NCBI GenBank assembly: GCA_964016885.1
Contig: OZ024746.1
Coordinates: forward strand, 57,350,001-57,414,000
Direction: 5' to 3'
DNA: 64,000 nt
Origin: Eledone cirrhosa
Taxonomy: Eukaryota
The notes under the pieces were generated by a model that made no database searches, was not told where the DNA came from, and saw only the letters and a program-made list of their open reading frames with translations. Made by a program: the position numbers and the translations under genes. This document shows positions 38,761-53,128 of the stretch, one piece after another. Within the stretch, counting starts at the first letter, position 1, and each line of letters opens with the position of its first letter.

Positions 38761-39409
38761 GTGTGTGTGTGAATAAGTCTATATGCGATACATTTTTAAT
38801 TACACCTTCATTGTTCACAGTCGACATGATGTCATATCTTGTGTGTGAAAGAGGAATGTTATGCTGCAGCTAAACTGACGGTGTTTAATGATAATTAGAT
38901 GTGAACTTTGAGAAGATTAAACCACGAAATCAATAACGCTAAACGATTAACCATAAATATTCTAAAAAACAATCTACTTGGCATTATTTTGAGAATACAT
39001 CGTTTCTTTGGAAGATATGGTGATGTATAATACTATTGAAATGAAATTAAGAAGTCGTAAATCATAAGACAGAGATATTTTTAATCATTCTAAATGGATT
39101 TGTTTCTGTGTTCTAACGATCTGTGTACTTTTTCGTAAGCCATCATTAACGAGCACAATATATATATATATATATATATATAAATTTATATATATATATA
39201 TACATATATACATATATATATTTACACATATATATATATATATATATATAAATTTACATATATATATACATATATACATATATATATTTACATATATATA
39301 TATATACATATGTATATATATATATATATGTATGTATATATATATATAGAGAGAGAGAGAATCAGACAGAAGAGATAGATAAGCATAATATATAAACTGG
39401 TATGTGTGG

Positions 39410-39481
<72 letters not shown>

Positions 39482-40479
39482 TGCGTCAAAGCAAGTGTTT
39501 GGCTGCATTACATACTACTACTGTGGTACTAATACAGAAACATACTTGGCTTGGTTGAGTCGGAAGCAATTGTAAGTGTCCTTGATTGAAAAAATAACGC
39601 ATTGCAATATTATCTGTAACCCATTTACTTGCAGAATCTAATGTGAAATTTGCCTTTCATTCTTCTGTGGTCGATAAAATTTAGTTCCAACCAGTCCAGT
39701 GCTCTGGATCCGCAGAATTTATACGGCGCCTGAATTAAGAATTTATTACAATATTATTTGTGGCATTTTACTTTTTGATTCAGTGACCAACTTTGCCTTT
39801 CATCTATTCAGATTCGACAAACACAGTTCCAGTACAGATGCATTGAATTTGTAGCATGTTTAAATAGTCAGGCATGAGGCTTTGCAGTATGTGCTAGAGC
39901 GCATGACTGAAACTATTGCCTTACAATATTTTTTTTACTTTTTGATCACAAATTCAGCTTTGATTTTCATCTTGTCAGGGTCTACAAAGATAAGATATCA
40001 GTCTCAAAGTGCTGGATTGTTGGGTTTTTAACAAATTAGACGGGATTCTATGCAATATCCGATCTGAATCTGTGGGTGCGTGAGTCTAGATTCCCCCACC
40101 TTCAGTTAGGGGTTACGAGAGGCAGATAGAATCAGCAATGTAGAACCCGATAAATCATTTTTACTTAGTCTAATCTGACGATCAGCTCCCATTTTTCTGA
40201 TTTATATTAATGGAACGAAAAACAGTCAACTACACATGTTATTATCAACGACGTGATTTCTGCTCCGATTATGAGAAATAGTCTGCAAAACCTTTCATCC
40301 TGAACCCATCATCAGGTTTGACACCAAAACAGAAAGCGTATGTCATCATTGATGTTCACTCTGAGGCAAGAATTCTTGCTCTGTCTCTTGTCGGGTAATA
40401 ACTACCAGACCATCTCTCCATCAGTCTCGGATAACCTAAAAAGTTGTCATTGATATTGTTCTTCTATCTCAGACTCAGC

Positions 40480-41130
40480 GATAATAACTGTAAAAACAAT
40501 CAATGGCATTAACATCATGCCTTTATATACAATATCCGTGAATCAAATAAGATTATGATCGAGAGATCTTTAGTACTGTTGAACCAGCGAATATTTGAAG
40601 AACGCTCTACGAATAACATGACGTATGAGTAAATTTTTTGAATGGCTATCTAATGAAATATATACATTGAAATTTCTCTAGACATTTAATGAGATCACCA
40701 ACATTACTGTCTGTGGGATCAGTTTATAGGATACGCCGGCGCCATGATTCTACATTGTCTTTGCTTAAATTATATTGGATTGCTCTAGTTTCACCGAAAT
40801 TGTCTAGAGAATCGACCCATTTAGAGATGATGGATGAGAACGAAGATTTCTCCATCAGATCAACTAGTGACCTACTGCTGGCTGCTAAGAGAAAAGTGAG
40901 AGTGGATGGGAGAGATATATAGAGGGAAGAATAGTAGAAGAGAGAGAAGGGTTCTGTTATTACTGCACTAGTGGATGCGTCTGTTCATTATATATTTCTA
41001 TAACAATGGAAACATTAGATAGCGGACTTGAGTAGAGTGGAGAGGAATGGTTGGTGGGTGCTTGTAATTTCTATAGTGTATCTCTTAGCCGATGCTATAA
41101 AGAAGATTTTGGCACGTTTCCAAGTGAGTG
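40480..41130 (-). mobile_element. Decayed Jockey/CR1-like LINE RT remnant
   Basis: KWVDSLDNFGETRAIQYNLSKDNVESWRRRIL (cf. WxxSLDxxGExxxVxLDISKAFDRVWHxxLL). Confidence 0.5.
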
Positions 41131-41188
41131 GAGTGAAATATTGATGTGAAATATTAATGTAATTTATGGATATCACAAAGAAGTGAAG

Positions 41189-42320
41189 TTATATTTTAGA
41201 TTTCTTATCGCAGACACAAATGTCAAGATAGCTGTGATTTTTAAAAATGATATGCCAAAATATTAAACTAGCGGCATTGTATGATAGATTAATACCGAGA
41301 TATTCTACACGACACTTAAACAAGTTTGCTTTATATTTATACTCTTCATTTGATTTTTTTTTTCTGCCTTTCATAGTTTTCAGAAATTGAAAGTCAAGGA
41401 AGACGATGATAAAGAAGAAAAGAGGTCAATAGAAAGAAGGAATGATAACCAAGTATTGGAATTATTAATAACGTTCATGAATTCTAGCCAAAGCACTGAG
41501 AACATTTGTGAAAATTAAAAAAATAACAGTACTTTATTTCCAGCCATTCAGATAATATTTGACAATACTGTTTTAGCAAGATTGGTATCTCTTCGAATTA
41601 GGTCCACATAGAAAAACCATGTTATAGATAGTGTGGGAACCACCTTTGTAAAGCAATTATGTAGGATTTCTAGACTCACACATTGCTGAACCATCGATAT
41701 AGATCTAATACAGGTTCGATATATTACTCTCTCAAGTTATATGCAATTTATTGGAGTTAATCGATAGCCAACATTGACTGAAGCAATGTCATGAAAGAGA
41801 AACATCTTACAAATCAATAGAAAAAATTACAAAGCATATTCAGTTGAAATACGTATAAATTATGATGTTCTTCATTGTATTAGAAAATTTCGTTACATCT
41901 GAAATTCAATTAACAATCTTGTTTTGATTCCTGCACTCAAATTATCTCTTCTCTCTTTATATATTTCATTCCCCCATGAGGTACCGATTTTTAATTATTG
42001 CTTAAGATAACAATCTTTATATCCCAGACGACACAGTAAAACAAAATGAAATAAATGATAAATAAAATAATGTTTAAATAGAAAGTAGACACCATTTTAC
42101 TTACTTGAATTCTGTAGACAAATTCCATTTGAAATAGGAAATATTTGTGTATGTAAAGCACATTTAGTATAACATTGGTAGGTATGAATTACATTTATCA
42201 ATACAACAAACACTCTAGATAATTGTATAGTGTGAATTGCAAATACGTTATATTCCTCCTACACCACATCCTCCACGTCGACAATTCCCCATTATCCAGA
42301 CGTATTTAAATTAAGTATCA
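41189..42320 (-). pseudogene. Possible decayed, intron-containing class A GPCR
   Basis: GCGVGG(N), SRVFVVLINVIH, donor GTAAGT near 42104, acceptor TTTCAG near 41899, LCNFFY*FVRCFSFMTLLQSMLAID*LQ*IAY (TM3-like), PLFFFIIVFLDFQFLKTMKGRKK (TM5-like); many stops. Confidence 0.4.
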
Positions 42321-42995
42321 ATATTGTTCTGTTACGTCAGCACAAACTTTCAGCTGAAATCAATATTATAACGGAATTCTCGCTGTTGTGGAATTCAACT
42401 TTAATTGATTTCATTTCTAATTGTTTCTTAACCAACTACTTCTAACAGCTCTAGACATAGCCTGTTCAACATTCTAAGACAATTTTAGATTTCATCCTTT
42501 CTACGTTTTATTACCTTTGTGAATTTCGTTCAATCATTATTTCAATATTATTGTCTCTGTGACCCTAATTAGTATATTGATACTGTTTTCATCAATACTC
42601 TCTGCGATACTTTTCTTAAACCTCAGTCTTTATTAATATGTTCTTTATTTTTGTTATTTTATTGATTGCAGTCATTATACTGTCGATATGATGGGGCATC
42701 GCCTTCAAGGCGTTTGATGGCTCATTTTGATCCTAGCACATATTATCGTTTCGGTCGAGTACACACTTTAACAAATATTATCCTCCATGTTCTCTATGTT
42801 ATATGACATAAACCAACAAACACATATTATGTGTTCGTGTGTTTGGCATTGAATATACGACGGGTTTGTGTGTTTGGCATTGAATATGCGACGGGATATT
42901 GTTCAACCGAATGTAATAGAATATGTCATATGGCCTATGTGCGATTCAACAGAACTCTAAACGAAATTACGTGGGTGCGAAGCAAACAACTGAAC

Positions 42996-43057
42996 TAGAT
43001 TTCAAATATGTGATATATAGTCATTCCTGTGCCTATATATCACATATTTGAAATCTA
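42996..43057. repeat. Perfect 25-bp hairpin with 12-nt loop
   Basis: tagatttcaaatatgtgatatatag / ctatatatcacatatttgaaatcta. Confidence 0.9.
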
Positions 43058-43599
43058 TTCTTTTTCAGTCAAAACAGCCCTTATAAGCATGTGATTCCAA
43101 ACAGTGTTATGATGAAAACGTCTCGCGCTGTGTCACCTCGTCGCACTTCCAATCAAATATATTATCGGTAAATACATATTTCTGTATAACTCCTTGCGAA
43201 ATCAGGACAACACTGAAATTAAATATAAGAAAAACACGATACCAGGGAATAAACTTTGAATATAAGGTTATCTATATAATAAATAGAAACGAACAATGGT
43301 CTCCCATATATAAATACAAAACTATAATATTATCAATTCATTAACAAACAAGCACGATATCTTGAATATATAAATAGAGAAATACAATGTTATCAATATA
43401 TAAACACCGACTATTTATACTCATATATTCTTATTCCATAGCCACGGCATTTAAATATTCATAATATCCTCGCTTTGTCTCGTAATTAAATATCGATTTA
43501 TATATTGAATATTAAAAAGTCATTATGCAGAGTGGTTCTATGCGTCTGGAGATGCGTGTGTGCCGCACCTAGGAATGTTCTTTGAGACTCCTAACAGTC

Positions 43600-45610
43600 C
43601 TCATTTTCAAACATTTCTCTCCTGCGTACGAGGAAAGGGGGATAATGTCGTAAAAATGGACTCTAGTCCGTCATCAGAAACCACAATGAGAAATTGAAGA
43701 AGACATAGAAATATACAGGAAACTGAGCAGTAGTTGGAACGAAAAATTTATTCCTAGAGAAAAACAGTTCTATTCACGTCGCCTCCTCTTGAAATAGCTG
43801 TTGATGCTGACGTTTTCCGTAAGGTGGCGACGAAAAAGGAAAAACAAATCGTTTTTTATATAGAGCGTGAATTTGTGTGTTTCTTATTCGTTCGCACGAA
43901 CTTTTGAGTATGTGTGTGTGTGTATATAAGGATGTGCGTGTTTGTGTGTTCGTTGTTTGTTTGTATAAGACGTAAGGGTGTGTGTTGTGGCCATATCAGA
44001 GCCATAGGACGGTAGGGGTCAATGCACACGCGCGTTTCTGACAGCGGGCAAAGTAGTAGTGTCAGAGACTAGATTAGAGAAATAAGCACAGGCGATTGTG
44101 TACTCTTGTAAAGAAATTGGAGCGAGGAGTTGAATCCATCAGGAAAACAGGACACAATGTGAAACATTTGATTTCCTCTGTCCCGGTGCGCGGGGCCAGT
44201 GATGCGTGAGGGAAAAGGACACCAAGAAGTGAGAAATATAGGGAATAGTGGACTGGATGACGAGTAACAGGGTATCCGTGCCGATTCGTCTGTGTTTCAA
44301 GTGTTCACCGAAGCAGTCAACCAGACGGTGGCCCGTTTGTCCGACGTCTATGGACACGCAAAGAAAACAGCGTAGGACATGGGTAATATGAATGAAAGTG
44401 CAAGTGAAGGAGTGGCGGATAAGGAATAACCCGTTAGTGGCTGTAAGCTTGCTGAGATTAGAATTGAAGACACCGGTGGTACAGTGGGGACGAGAACAGA
44501 GACGGGAGCTGGGTTGATTTCTGGGCATGAGTAGATTAGTGGATGTGGAAGCGGTGATGGGTTACAACTGGGCAAGGAGGAAGTCAGTGTATTGGGAGAT
44601 TATTTCGGTAGGGTAGTTACAGGTAGAAATTATAGGGTAGTAGGGATTATCTAGAGAGGAGGAATTGCCTTGCCGAATGGTGAAGGACACGAGCCGCTGT
44701 TAGCCTGGTGTTGGGTCAGAAGATAAAGGCTTGTAAAATTGGTTATTGTGAAACTGGCGGAGAAAATTAGTCCTGGAGATATCTGCACATCATACAACCA
44801 CCTTCATCAGCGGACTTCATGAAAATATCATCGTGGCGTCGTTGGCTGTGTAGAGTGGAGAGTTTAGCCTGAGTAACTTTGGTGCAACAAGTACTTTTGG
44901 AAATCGAAGCTGTTCAAAGTACGTCGGCCAGTCTCCACAAAAGGGTCAAAGGTGCTGAAATGCCCTGAGGGCGGGGTCCACTATGTTTGTCGGCGAGTAA
45001 GAATTGTAAAGCATTCTGTTTGGGCCTATGACGATGTACTATAGAAGAATGTTTGTAGCTTTAGGACACGTAATAAGCGCTCAACTTCAGCACTTGTTTA
45101 GAACTCATTGCATATGGATGTGTTAGGTATAAGCGCAAACATCTGGTGATAAGGCTGGAGGTGACGTGAGTGATTTGGTTGATGGTAGACCGGGAGCGAA
45201 TTGTGTCAAGTTTTGGTTTCTTGACGGAGTAAGAAAACTGAAGAGGCCAACGAAGTGGAGGTTGAATTGGAGTGTGGATTGGGTGAGGGGAGGGTGACCA
45301 GTTTATGAGTGAACAAGGTAGGCCTTCTGGAGATCTTGTTCGAGTGAATGGAGGATCACCAGCATGAGATCGCATGAGGAGCGGGTAAGGATTGGTTTAC
45401 TGGTGTGAGCTGAGTAGGAAACCTCGAGGAATAAGGTGGTGATGAAGACATCGGTTGAGAAATGTGACATGACAGTCGTAGCAAATGTTGGTGAAGACGG
45501 GTTGGGAGAGATGCAAAGAGGATTGGATGTAAATGGAGGGAACAATTGTGGTTGGTATGGAGCTGGCAGAGGAAGGGTTTCAGACTGGTCATGGTCTCCA
45601 TCTAACACAT
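43600..45610 (-). mobile_element. Decayed, internally deleted PLE
   Basis: KSADEGG, DNPYYPIISTCNYPTEIISQY (RT), VGQTGHRLVDCFGEHLK (GIY-YIG); 3' end has CUGAUGA-cGGACuagaGUCC with GAAA lost. Confidence 0.75.
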
Positions 45611-46169
45611 GCTAGCTTGGAAAATAGACGTTCAAACGATAATGATGATGATAATAACGATGAACTCGACGACGACGACGATGATGATGATGATGATGAT
45701 AAATGAATGTGGGGAGAGGGTGGAGAGATGACAAGAGGAGACTAGAGGTACGGCAAAGTAAAGACGTGACGGGGCGGAGAGAAGAGGCGAAAACACACTG
45801 GTGAAGAATAGAGTAGCCGGGAGCAAAAAACAAATAGGGGTACCGGGAAGAGAAAGAATTATAAATGTGAGTAGGGAGTAGTCGGAAGAGAATAGTGGAG
45901 AAGACTAAAGCCAAACAAAATAATACATCCTCCCTAAATACTGACTTTTTCAGTATAAATAATCTACCTTATCGCTCTTATACATATTCCGTCACTCCTC
46001 TCTATACACATATCACATAAATTACGTGAACCCATATATACACAAGTAGACACACACACTCAAAACACCTACTTTAGACTAATCAACGATCAAACTTATT
46101 ACTGCAAAAACATATGCACACACCTAGAAACACAGACATATCTAACCTTACGGTCATTATTGTAAACTA

Positions 46170-46500
46170 GGGCGGTGGATTGGCTAAATCGGTAGAGGGC
46201 CCCGCCGAGGTTAACTTTGCCTTTCATCCTTACGAGGTCGATAAAATAAAGCACCAGTAATACACTGGGATAATTGTGGGCCTTGTGCCAAAAGTAGAAA
46301 CAATTATTGTAAACTAGGGCGGTGGATTGGCAGTACCGGTGGAGGGTCGGACGCCATGCTTTCCAGCTTAGTGTTATGTCCCTTTACGGTCTGAGTTCAA
46401 AACCCAACGAGGTTAACTTTGCCTTTCATCATTACGGGGTCGACAAAATAAAGTACCAGTAATACACTGGGATAATTGCTGGCCTTGTGCGAACCAATTA
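46170..46500 (+). mobile_element. Two tandem SINE family A copies (first internally deleted)
   Basis: Both start after ttattgtaaacta; match consensus. Confidence 0.88.
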
Positions 46501-47174
46501 TTTTAAATTACATAAAGCTATCTAAGAGATTCCAGTCGTCCACAGACAGCAGTCAGTTGAAGCGTCCAAGCTGAAACTCCAAATCTGGTAGCGTTTTTCT
46601 ACTTCTACACCCCAATCATCAGTATTGAAGGTTCATTCACTTACTGTTTGAATGAATTATGCACTACTATTACTGAAGGTTCATTCAGTTAAGCTTTGCA
46701 TGAATTTAATCACTCATTCTAATACATATATAAACATTACGTCCTCATTTCCATTACGCCGGCTTGTAACTCAAGCTTAGATAATGGTATTTTCACACAA
46801 TCCAATACGTAAACGAATCTCAGAATCAAAAATGAACACCGACATACCCACTTCAACAATGTTTTGTTTGCTATTATCTCTAACTTGAAGTGGGAATATG
46901 AAATATCATTATTATTGTTTTTACCAATAGGGCTGTTATTATTCTATGCTATACATTATTTACATTATATTACAGTTACTACATGGAAACTTATCTGCCA
47001 AAAACAGTTGTAGATTTTAATTCAAATTTTTGAACAAGAGATATTACATTGCAAAACAATTGAAATGTTCAATATAAGATGTAGGTATCTGATATGTGTG
47101 TACAAGATGTACAAGAGCTGTGTTATAATATAAGTGTTATATTATTTACAAGAATCGTGGCGTATGGTATGTGT

Positions 47175-47205
<31 letters not shown>

Positions 47206-47997
47206 GCGAGTTGTGCTGTAGTAGTATTCGTTTAGCAATATAGATCTCCAATTCAGTTACGATTCCCAATGGAGTCATTTCGGTTCGCTTAATCGTATGA
47301 TTTCTTCTTTGCACGCAATATCTCGGAGAGTATAGCGATCTGTAATGTAAATCTCAATTAAATTCACCGTCAAACGCATGGGTGTGTATATGGTCACAAC
47401 GTGTGCTAGAAATAGTAAACATATTTTATAGAAATCAATCCCTCTCAACATTTAATCGAGGTTAAACGACACATTTATCACTTAAAATCTTGCTTAGAGG
47501 CTTCAGTGTGAATTTCATTGTTACTTTTATGCTTCATCTCGAAACAAAGCATGGGTCAAGCATACTTATGAATAACGATATTTCATTACTAACCATTACC
47601 TATTCATTTCAGGAATGTTATATATAAAATTATTTTGTACAATGTGTCAGTGAAGGCGCATTGGGCTTGCAATCGAAAGGATGCGAGTTCAATTCTTGGA
47701 CCGAGTGATGTGTTATTTCCTTGACACTTTATTTCGTGTTGCTGCAGTTTATTTAGCTGTAGAAATGAGATGATAGGACTGGGATCCCTATCATTAAATC
47801 ACCCAAGACACCTCCAACGAGTTATACCTTAGAGGAGGCCAGCTAAATCTGCATAGGTGTGGTCTGTAACAACAAAAAAAAAAGAATGTGTCAGTCTTTT
47901 TTAAAACAGTAAGGTATATTATTTCTAGTATGTAATGCATACATATAGCTAGCACCTCGCAAACTCCAATAACATTTTTTATTTAGTTGCATAGAGT

Positions 47998-48190
47998 ATT
48001 GGCAGTATCGGTAGAGAGTCGGATGACATGCTTTGCAACATAGAGTTACAGGCGTTTACGATCTGAGTTCAATTCCCACCGAGGTTATATTTGCCTTTCA
48101 TCCATACGGGGTTGATAAAATAAAGCACCAGTAACGTACTAGGTTCGATTTAATCGACTTTTCCCTCCGCCAAAATTGCTGGTCTATATA
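47998..48190 (+). mobile_element. SINE family A, older variant
   Basis: Consensus plus extra tcgatttaatcgact segment, also seen at 55517-55734. Confidence 0.8.
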
Positions 48191-49170
48191 AGAAACCATT
48201 GTAAGATACCATTATTTAGCTGTATAAGGATAAAGGAGTGAGAAACTTAAAACGTCACCTTGTTTATCACCTTCACCTGTCCCATTAGTAACTTTAGCAG
48301 TACCCATATTAGTCCATGCATTGAGCGCAAGCCATTCGATTCAAAATACATACTCCCTCAATTCCAACGCTCTCGGTAGCACTGTTTATTGTTATAGAGT
48401 ATACCTGCACTTTTGAAGGAAACAGTAAACAGAGAACTTCACGTCGTTAGGCAGAATTGAGAATGATGTTAATGGTACAGGGAAGTTTGTTTTCTATACA
48501 CATTTATTTACTCAACAGGATGGTTAGATAGGGGGAATATTTCCCTCCTGTCATGGGTGGCGTACTGACTAATTTCAACAATTTATACAGCTTCATCCGA
48601 GCCATGCTACACAGAAAAAAAATATTTCTCTATAGAAAATATCTTATTTTGCGTAATAATTCTAAAGTTGGCAACTGGAATATATTTGTGATTGCATTTA
48701 TATATGTATGAACCAGAAAATCCTGATGGAGTCATAGGGTGTCACCATAATATTCTGCTTGTCATGAGCATCGTTTAAATCAAGTGGAGCACAACAGGAC
48801 TCCATCTTGAAGACTCCTGATTCCTTACAGGGAATGACAGCGAAAGAGAGGAAACGAGAATAGATGTATATACCCCAGTATTAGACACGTACTTTTCATC
48901 AACCGGCATTCATTTATGATTATTTTCATTACCACTAAAAAAATGGCTTGAGGATTAACGACAGTGTCCATGTTTTCCCGATAAACAGGTCTGTGATGTG
49001 GACAAAACAGAGAGGCTTCTCCGGTTTGGCCTTATCTCTGTATTTAATCTGCACACAAATATATATTGAATCGTATCCTGATATGTGGCCAACGTATGCT
49101 GATGGGTTTCCAGACCTGTGAACGCATAACACAATCGATATATAGATATATTATTTGTACAGATTAAATT

Positions 49171-49266
49171 TTAAGCAAATATTCGCTGCTTTAACCCTTT
49201 TACGGGATCTTCTGAAGAGTTTCAAAAGATTCCGTAAAAGGGTGAAAGCAGCGATTTTTTGCTTAA
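49171..49266. repeat. Imperfect fold-back, about 41-bp arms
   Basis: ttaagcaaatattcgctgctttaacccttttacgggatctt / aagattccgtaaaagggtgaaagcagcgattttttgcttaa; related fragment at 15175-15230. Confidence 0.7.
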
Positions 49267-49335
49267 TACACCCCCCCCCCCCTCTCTATGTCTCTCTCTC
49301 TCTCGTCCCCTCAATCTATCTTATTTCTCATTCTT

Positions 49336-49371
49336 TCTTCTGATGAAGGACTAGCGTCTGAAACGTTAAGA
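49336..49371 (+). ncRNA. Minimal type I hammerhead ribozyme motif
   Basis: UCUU-CUGAUGA-aGGACuagcGUCU-GAAA-CG-UU-AAGA; AACGUU palindrome replaces stem III. Confidence 0.8.
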
Positions 49372-49409
49372 CCTTCTTCCTGCTATATAAAGCGTTAACC
49401 TAATATAAC

Positions 49410-49594
49410 TGTTTCTACTTTTGGCACAAGGCCAGCAATTACCCAGTGCATTACTGGTACTTTATTTTATCGACCCCGTAAGGATGAAAGGCAAAGTCAA
49501 CCTCGGCGGGATTTGAACTCAGATCGTAAAGGGACGTAACTATGCTGGAAAGCATGACGTCCGACCCTCTACCGATACTGCCAATCCAACGCCC
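49410..49594 (-). mobile_element. SINE family A with target-site duplication
   Basis: Flanked by direct repeat ttaacctaatataac on both sides. Confidence 0.9.
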
Positions 49595-49656
49595 TTAACC
49601 TAATATAACCCTTCCATATAATGTACCTATTGTGTTGTTATTTATGTTTACCTTTT

Positions 49657-49695
<39 letters not shown>

Positions 49696-49832
49696 CATAT
49701 AGTGAAAGAATTAAGAGTAACATGGTTGTCTGTACAACAAGGGGCCTTATTTCAGGTATTAACAATTGTTACATTGATCAGGTTAGTCTAGAGGCCGCTA
49801 ATCGCAGAGTACTGACAAACTCTATCTGGATT

Positions 49833-49886
<54 letters not shown>

Positions 49887-49889
<3 letters not shown>

Positions 49890-49950
49890 CCTTATAGAGC
49901 CTTCTTCGGATTTTAGTCTTTATAATTATTATTACTATATATGTATTAAC
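49887..49950 (-). mobile_element. Solo 3' tail of the 7900-12220 PLE family
   Basis: atccttatagagccttcttcggattttagtctt..attattattactatat matches 7941-8000. Confidence 0.65.
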
Positions 49951-51174
49951 AAAGAGTAAATGTCTAGTCCATCGGTGCATTTGATTTTCTCACAGGGGAA
50001 AACACACCAGTTGCCCTCTTCCTCAATTCAGAAAATTTGTTGATTTTTGTTGAATCAAATAAACGACCGTGATAATAAATATATTCACAACCATTGATCA
50101 ATTGCCAGGAAGCGATAACACTACGAGATATGATTGAAATACATAAATTAAGCAAATATATATGTATATAGGGAATCAGAATAAAAGAAAGTTAACCTTT
50201 CACCTGTAAACAATATATCATTTCTATGAACCTTACACCTCCCTCTATTTCAATATCTAAACAGCTCAGTATAGTGGTGAAAAGATGAGGTTAGGGGCAT
50301 TATTTGTGTCCGAAATGGTTTCTTGACAAGATACATAGTCGATTGAAGTGACCTATTTGCAAATGGGAGATTTATTTGGAATCAAGTTTGATAATAAGTA
50401 ATAAATGTAGAATCGTAATAATTAAGAGATAGAGGTAGAGGTAATGTATGCTAAATAAACAAATAACAAAAGAAAGTGAAAGATGAAACACAGAGACCAC
50501 ACGAATGAATTATGGCATTTATCAGGAGAAAGTTTAATTATAAAACTGCAAAGACATTAAAGAAATATTTCTCAGACGAATCGATGGCCGACTTATGAAT
50601 ATATTTATAATGAATTATTCCACTTTCGTGGCGTAAAATTTTTTACTACTAACGGCTGAGCAGTAGGTTATCGGAGCAGTCGACCAGGTTTTAAAAGGCC
50701 TGGCTTTATATTATAATACTGTATATTTTCTATTGTTCATATTTATCTGAAACCGCTCTGTAATATTTAAAATGGTGTTTACAATAATTAAACAGGTGTT
50801 TCTTGTATAGCCTAACAAACATTTAATAATGCGACATATATATATATATTAGTAAATCGTTTCAAATGTATGTTTATGTCTGTATTTCTATCCTGTAAAG
50901 AAGAGTTCGAGAAAAAATGATAGATAAACTAATTGCAAGTCTTGGAGAAACAATACTGGTGTCGATACGATCGATTCAATGCAATCAAGGTTATCCTCAT
51001 GCATGACTGCAATGTAATGAGTAAAACCAGTAAAAGAACACAAAAAGAATAGAAAACCCAGATCGCGACTGAATTACACTTTAGAAGCTTATAACTCAGA
51101 TAATACAAAACTCACCCTTTTTTCTTTGAATATATATATATATGCACAGATATATGTATCTCTCTCTCTCTCTC

Positions 51175-51212
<38 letters not shown>

Positions 51213-51244
51213 TTATGTATATATCATATATGTAGAGATATATG

Positions 51245-51351
<107 letters not shown>

Positions 51352-52098
51352 CCCGTAACTATTTTGTAATCTAAAAGACACCATAAACATTTATCAAGCA
51401 ATCACGCTATTGATGAAAATGAAAATAAAATGAATAACATAAGCAAAAGCTAACTGAAATATATAAAGGAAAATTACTCCCGATAAAGTAGGAAAAAACA
51501 CAACAAAACAAACACAAAACAAAGTATCTCCTAAAAGTAACAAAAACTTTATTGATAACGGAATGGTAAAAATGTAATCAACAACACTTAATTTCATAAA
51601 CGGTATATATTACATGCATTATTCCACCGCCAGTTCTCTCTGTATAACAGAACATTGCAATTTGTTAAGCGTATACATAATACAATGTAACTATATGGTT
51701 TTACCGGTAAGTGGACTGGTGGGGAGATAATTTATTAATATTTCAAGTTCCAGCAGTAAACAGGTTGCAAGGAATGCAATTTTCGTTCAGAATATATCTA
51801 CCAATTTATCATATTACTTCTACAATCAGAGTGTATCGCACGCCATTTTACTCTTTCTCCCTCTTCCACTCACCACTCCTTCTTTCCCCTCTCTCTGAAC
51901 GTTAACCAGCCACAAATTGCATATTCTTTATATTTAATAGAATATTACGTGAATTGCTTTCTTCTATAATATATGAGGGAATGTGGCGGGGATGAACCTG
52001 GATAGAATAAAGTATTGTTTTGACAAAGATATTTAAACGGTATATATGTTTTATCGAACAATCAATATATTTAGAATTATATTTCGGTGTAATGCTGG

Positions 52099-52131
52099 AG
52101 TAGTAGTAGCAGCAGCAGCAGCAGTAGCAGC

Positions 52132-52199
<68 letters not shown>

Positions 52200-52289
52200 C
52201 AGCAGTATTAGTAGTAGTAGTAGTATCAACAGCATCAGCAGCAACAGTAGTAGTGTTAGAATTAGTAGCATTATTATTATTATTATTAT

Positions 52290-52327
<38 letters not shown>

Positions 52328-52438
52328 TTATTATTATTATTATTATTAGTAGTAGTAGTAGTAGCAGTAGTAGTAGCAGCAGCAACAGTAGTAGTATTAT
52401 AATCAGTAGCATTAGTAGTAGTAGTTGTAGTAGTAGTA
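52099..52438. repeat. Compound trinucleotide microsatellite (AGT/AGC/ATT)n
   Basis: Directly visible. Confidence 0.97.
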
Positions 52439-52666
52439 AAGAATGAGAAGGAAAGAGACAGTGAGTCTAAGGACGTTAATACAAAGTCGCCATTTATAAC
52501 TATTACATCCTTTACGCTCTGAAAATAAATGGCGTTTCTCCGAATTTAAGAATAAATCTCAGAGAATATGAACAAGATTCGTATTATCATCCTCCCATGC
52601 CATCGAAATATACTACTAATTTCCCTTGTTTTGCTCAGGTTTCTCTCTCATATATATATATATATA

Positions 52667-52799
<133 letters not shown>

Positions 52800-53128
52800 C
52801 CTGTGTTGGAGTGTGTACGTATGTCTATGTATATATGTATGTTCTTATTGTTTTATAATTTCAGAATTCTTTGCCAATGGAGAGAGAGTCGGTTTCTAAC
52901 ATAGACACAAGACTCTCTCATTGGAATTTACACAACATCAACTAGGTAGATGTGTATGCATGGCTGCAGGCATGCATGTGTCTGCAGGTATGAATGTTAA
53001 TGTATGTGCGGGTGTACATGTTTTGAGTTGTATGTGTGCATGTGCATATGCCTTGTATCTGTACATGTGTATATGCAGTTATTAGATCAATATGGAATGT
53101 TTTACATTGTGTATGCATGTATGTATGT

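Noticed and set aside
40287-40320. Minus-strand CUGAUGA...GAAA
   Set aside because: Neither stem II nor stems I and III pair; chance match
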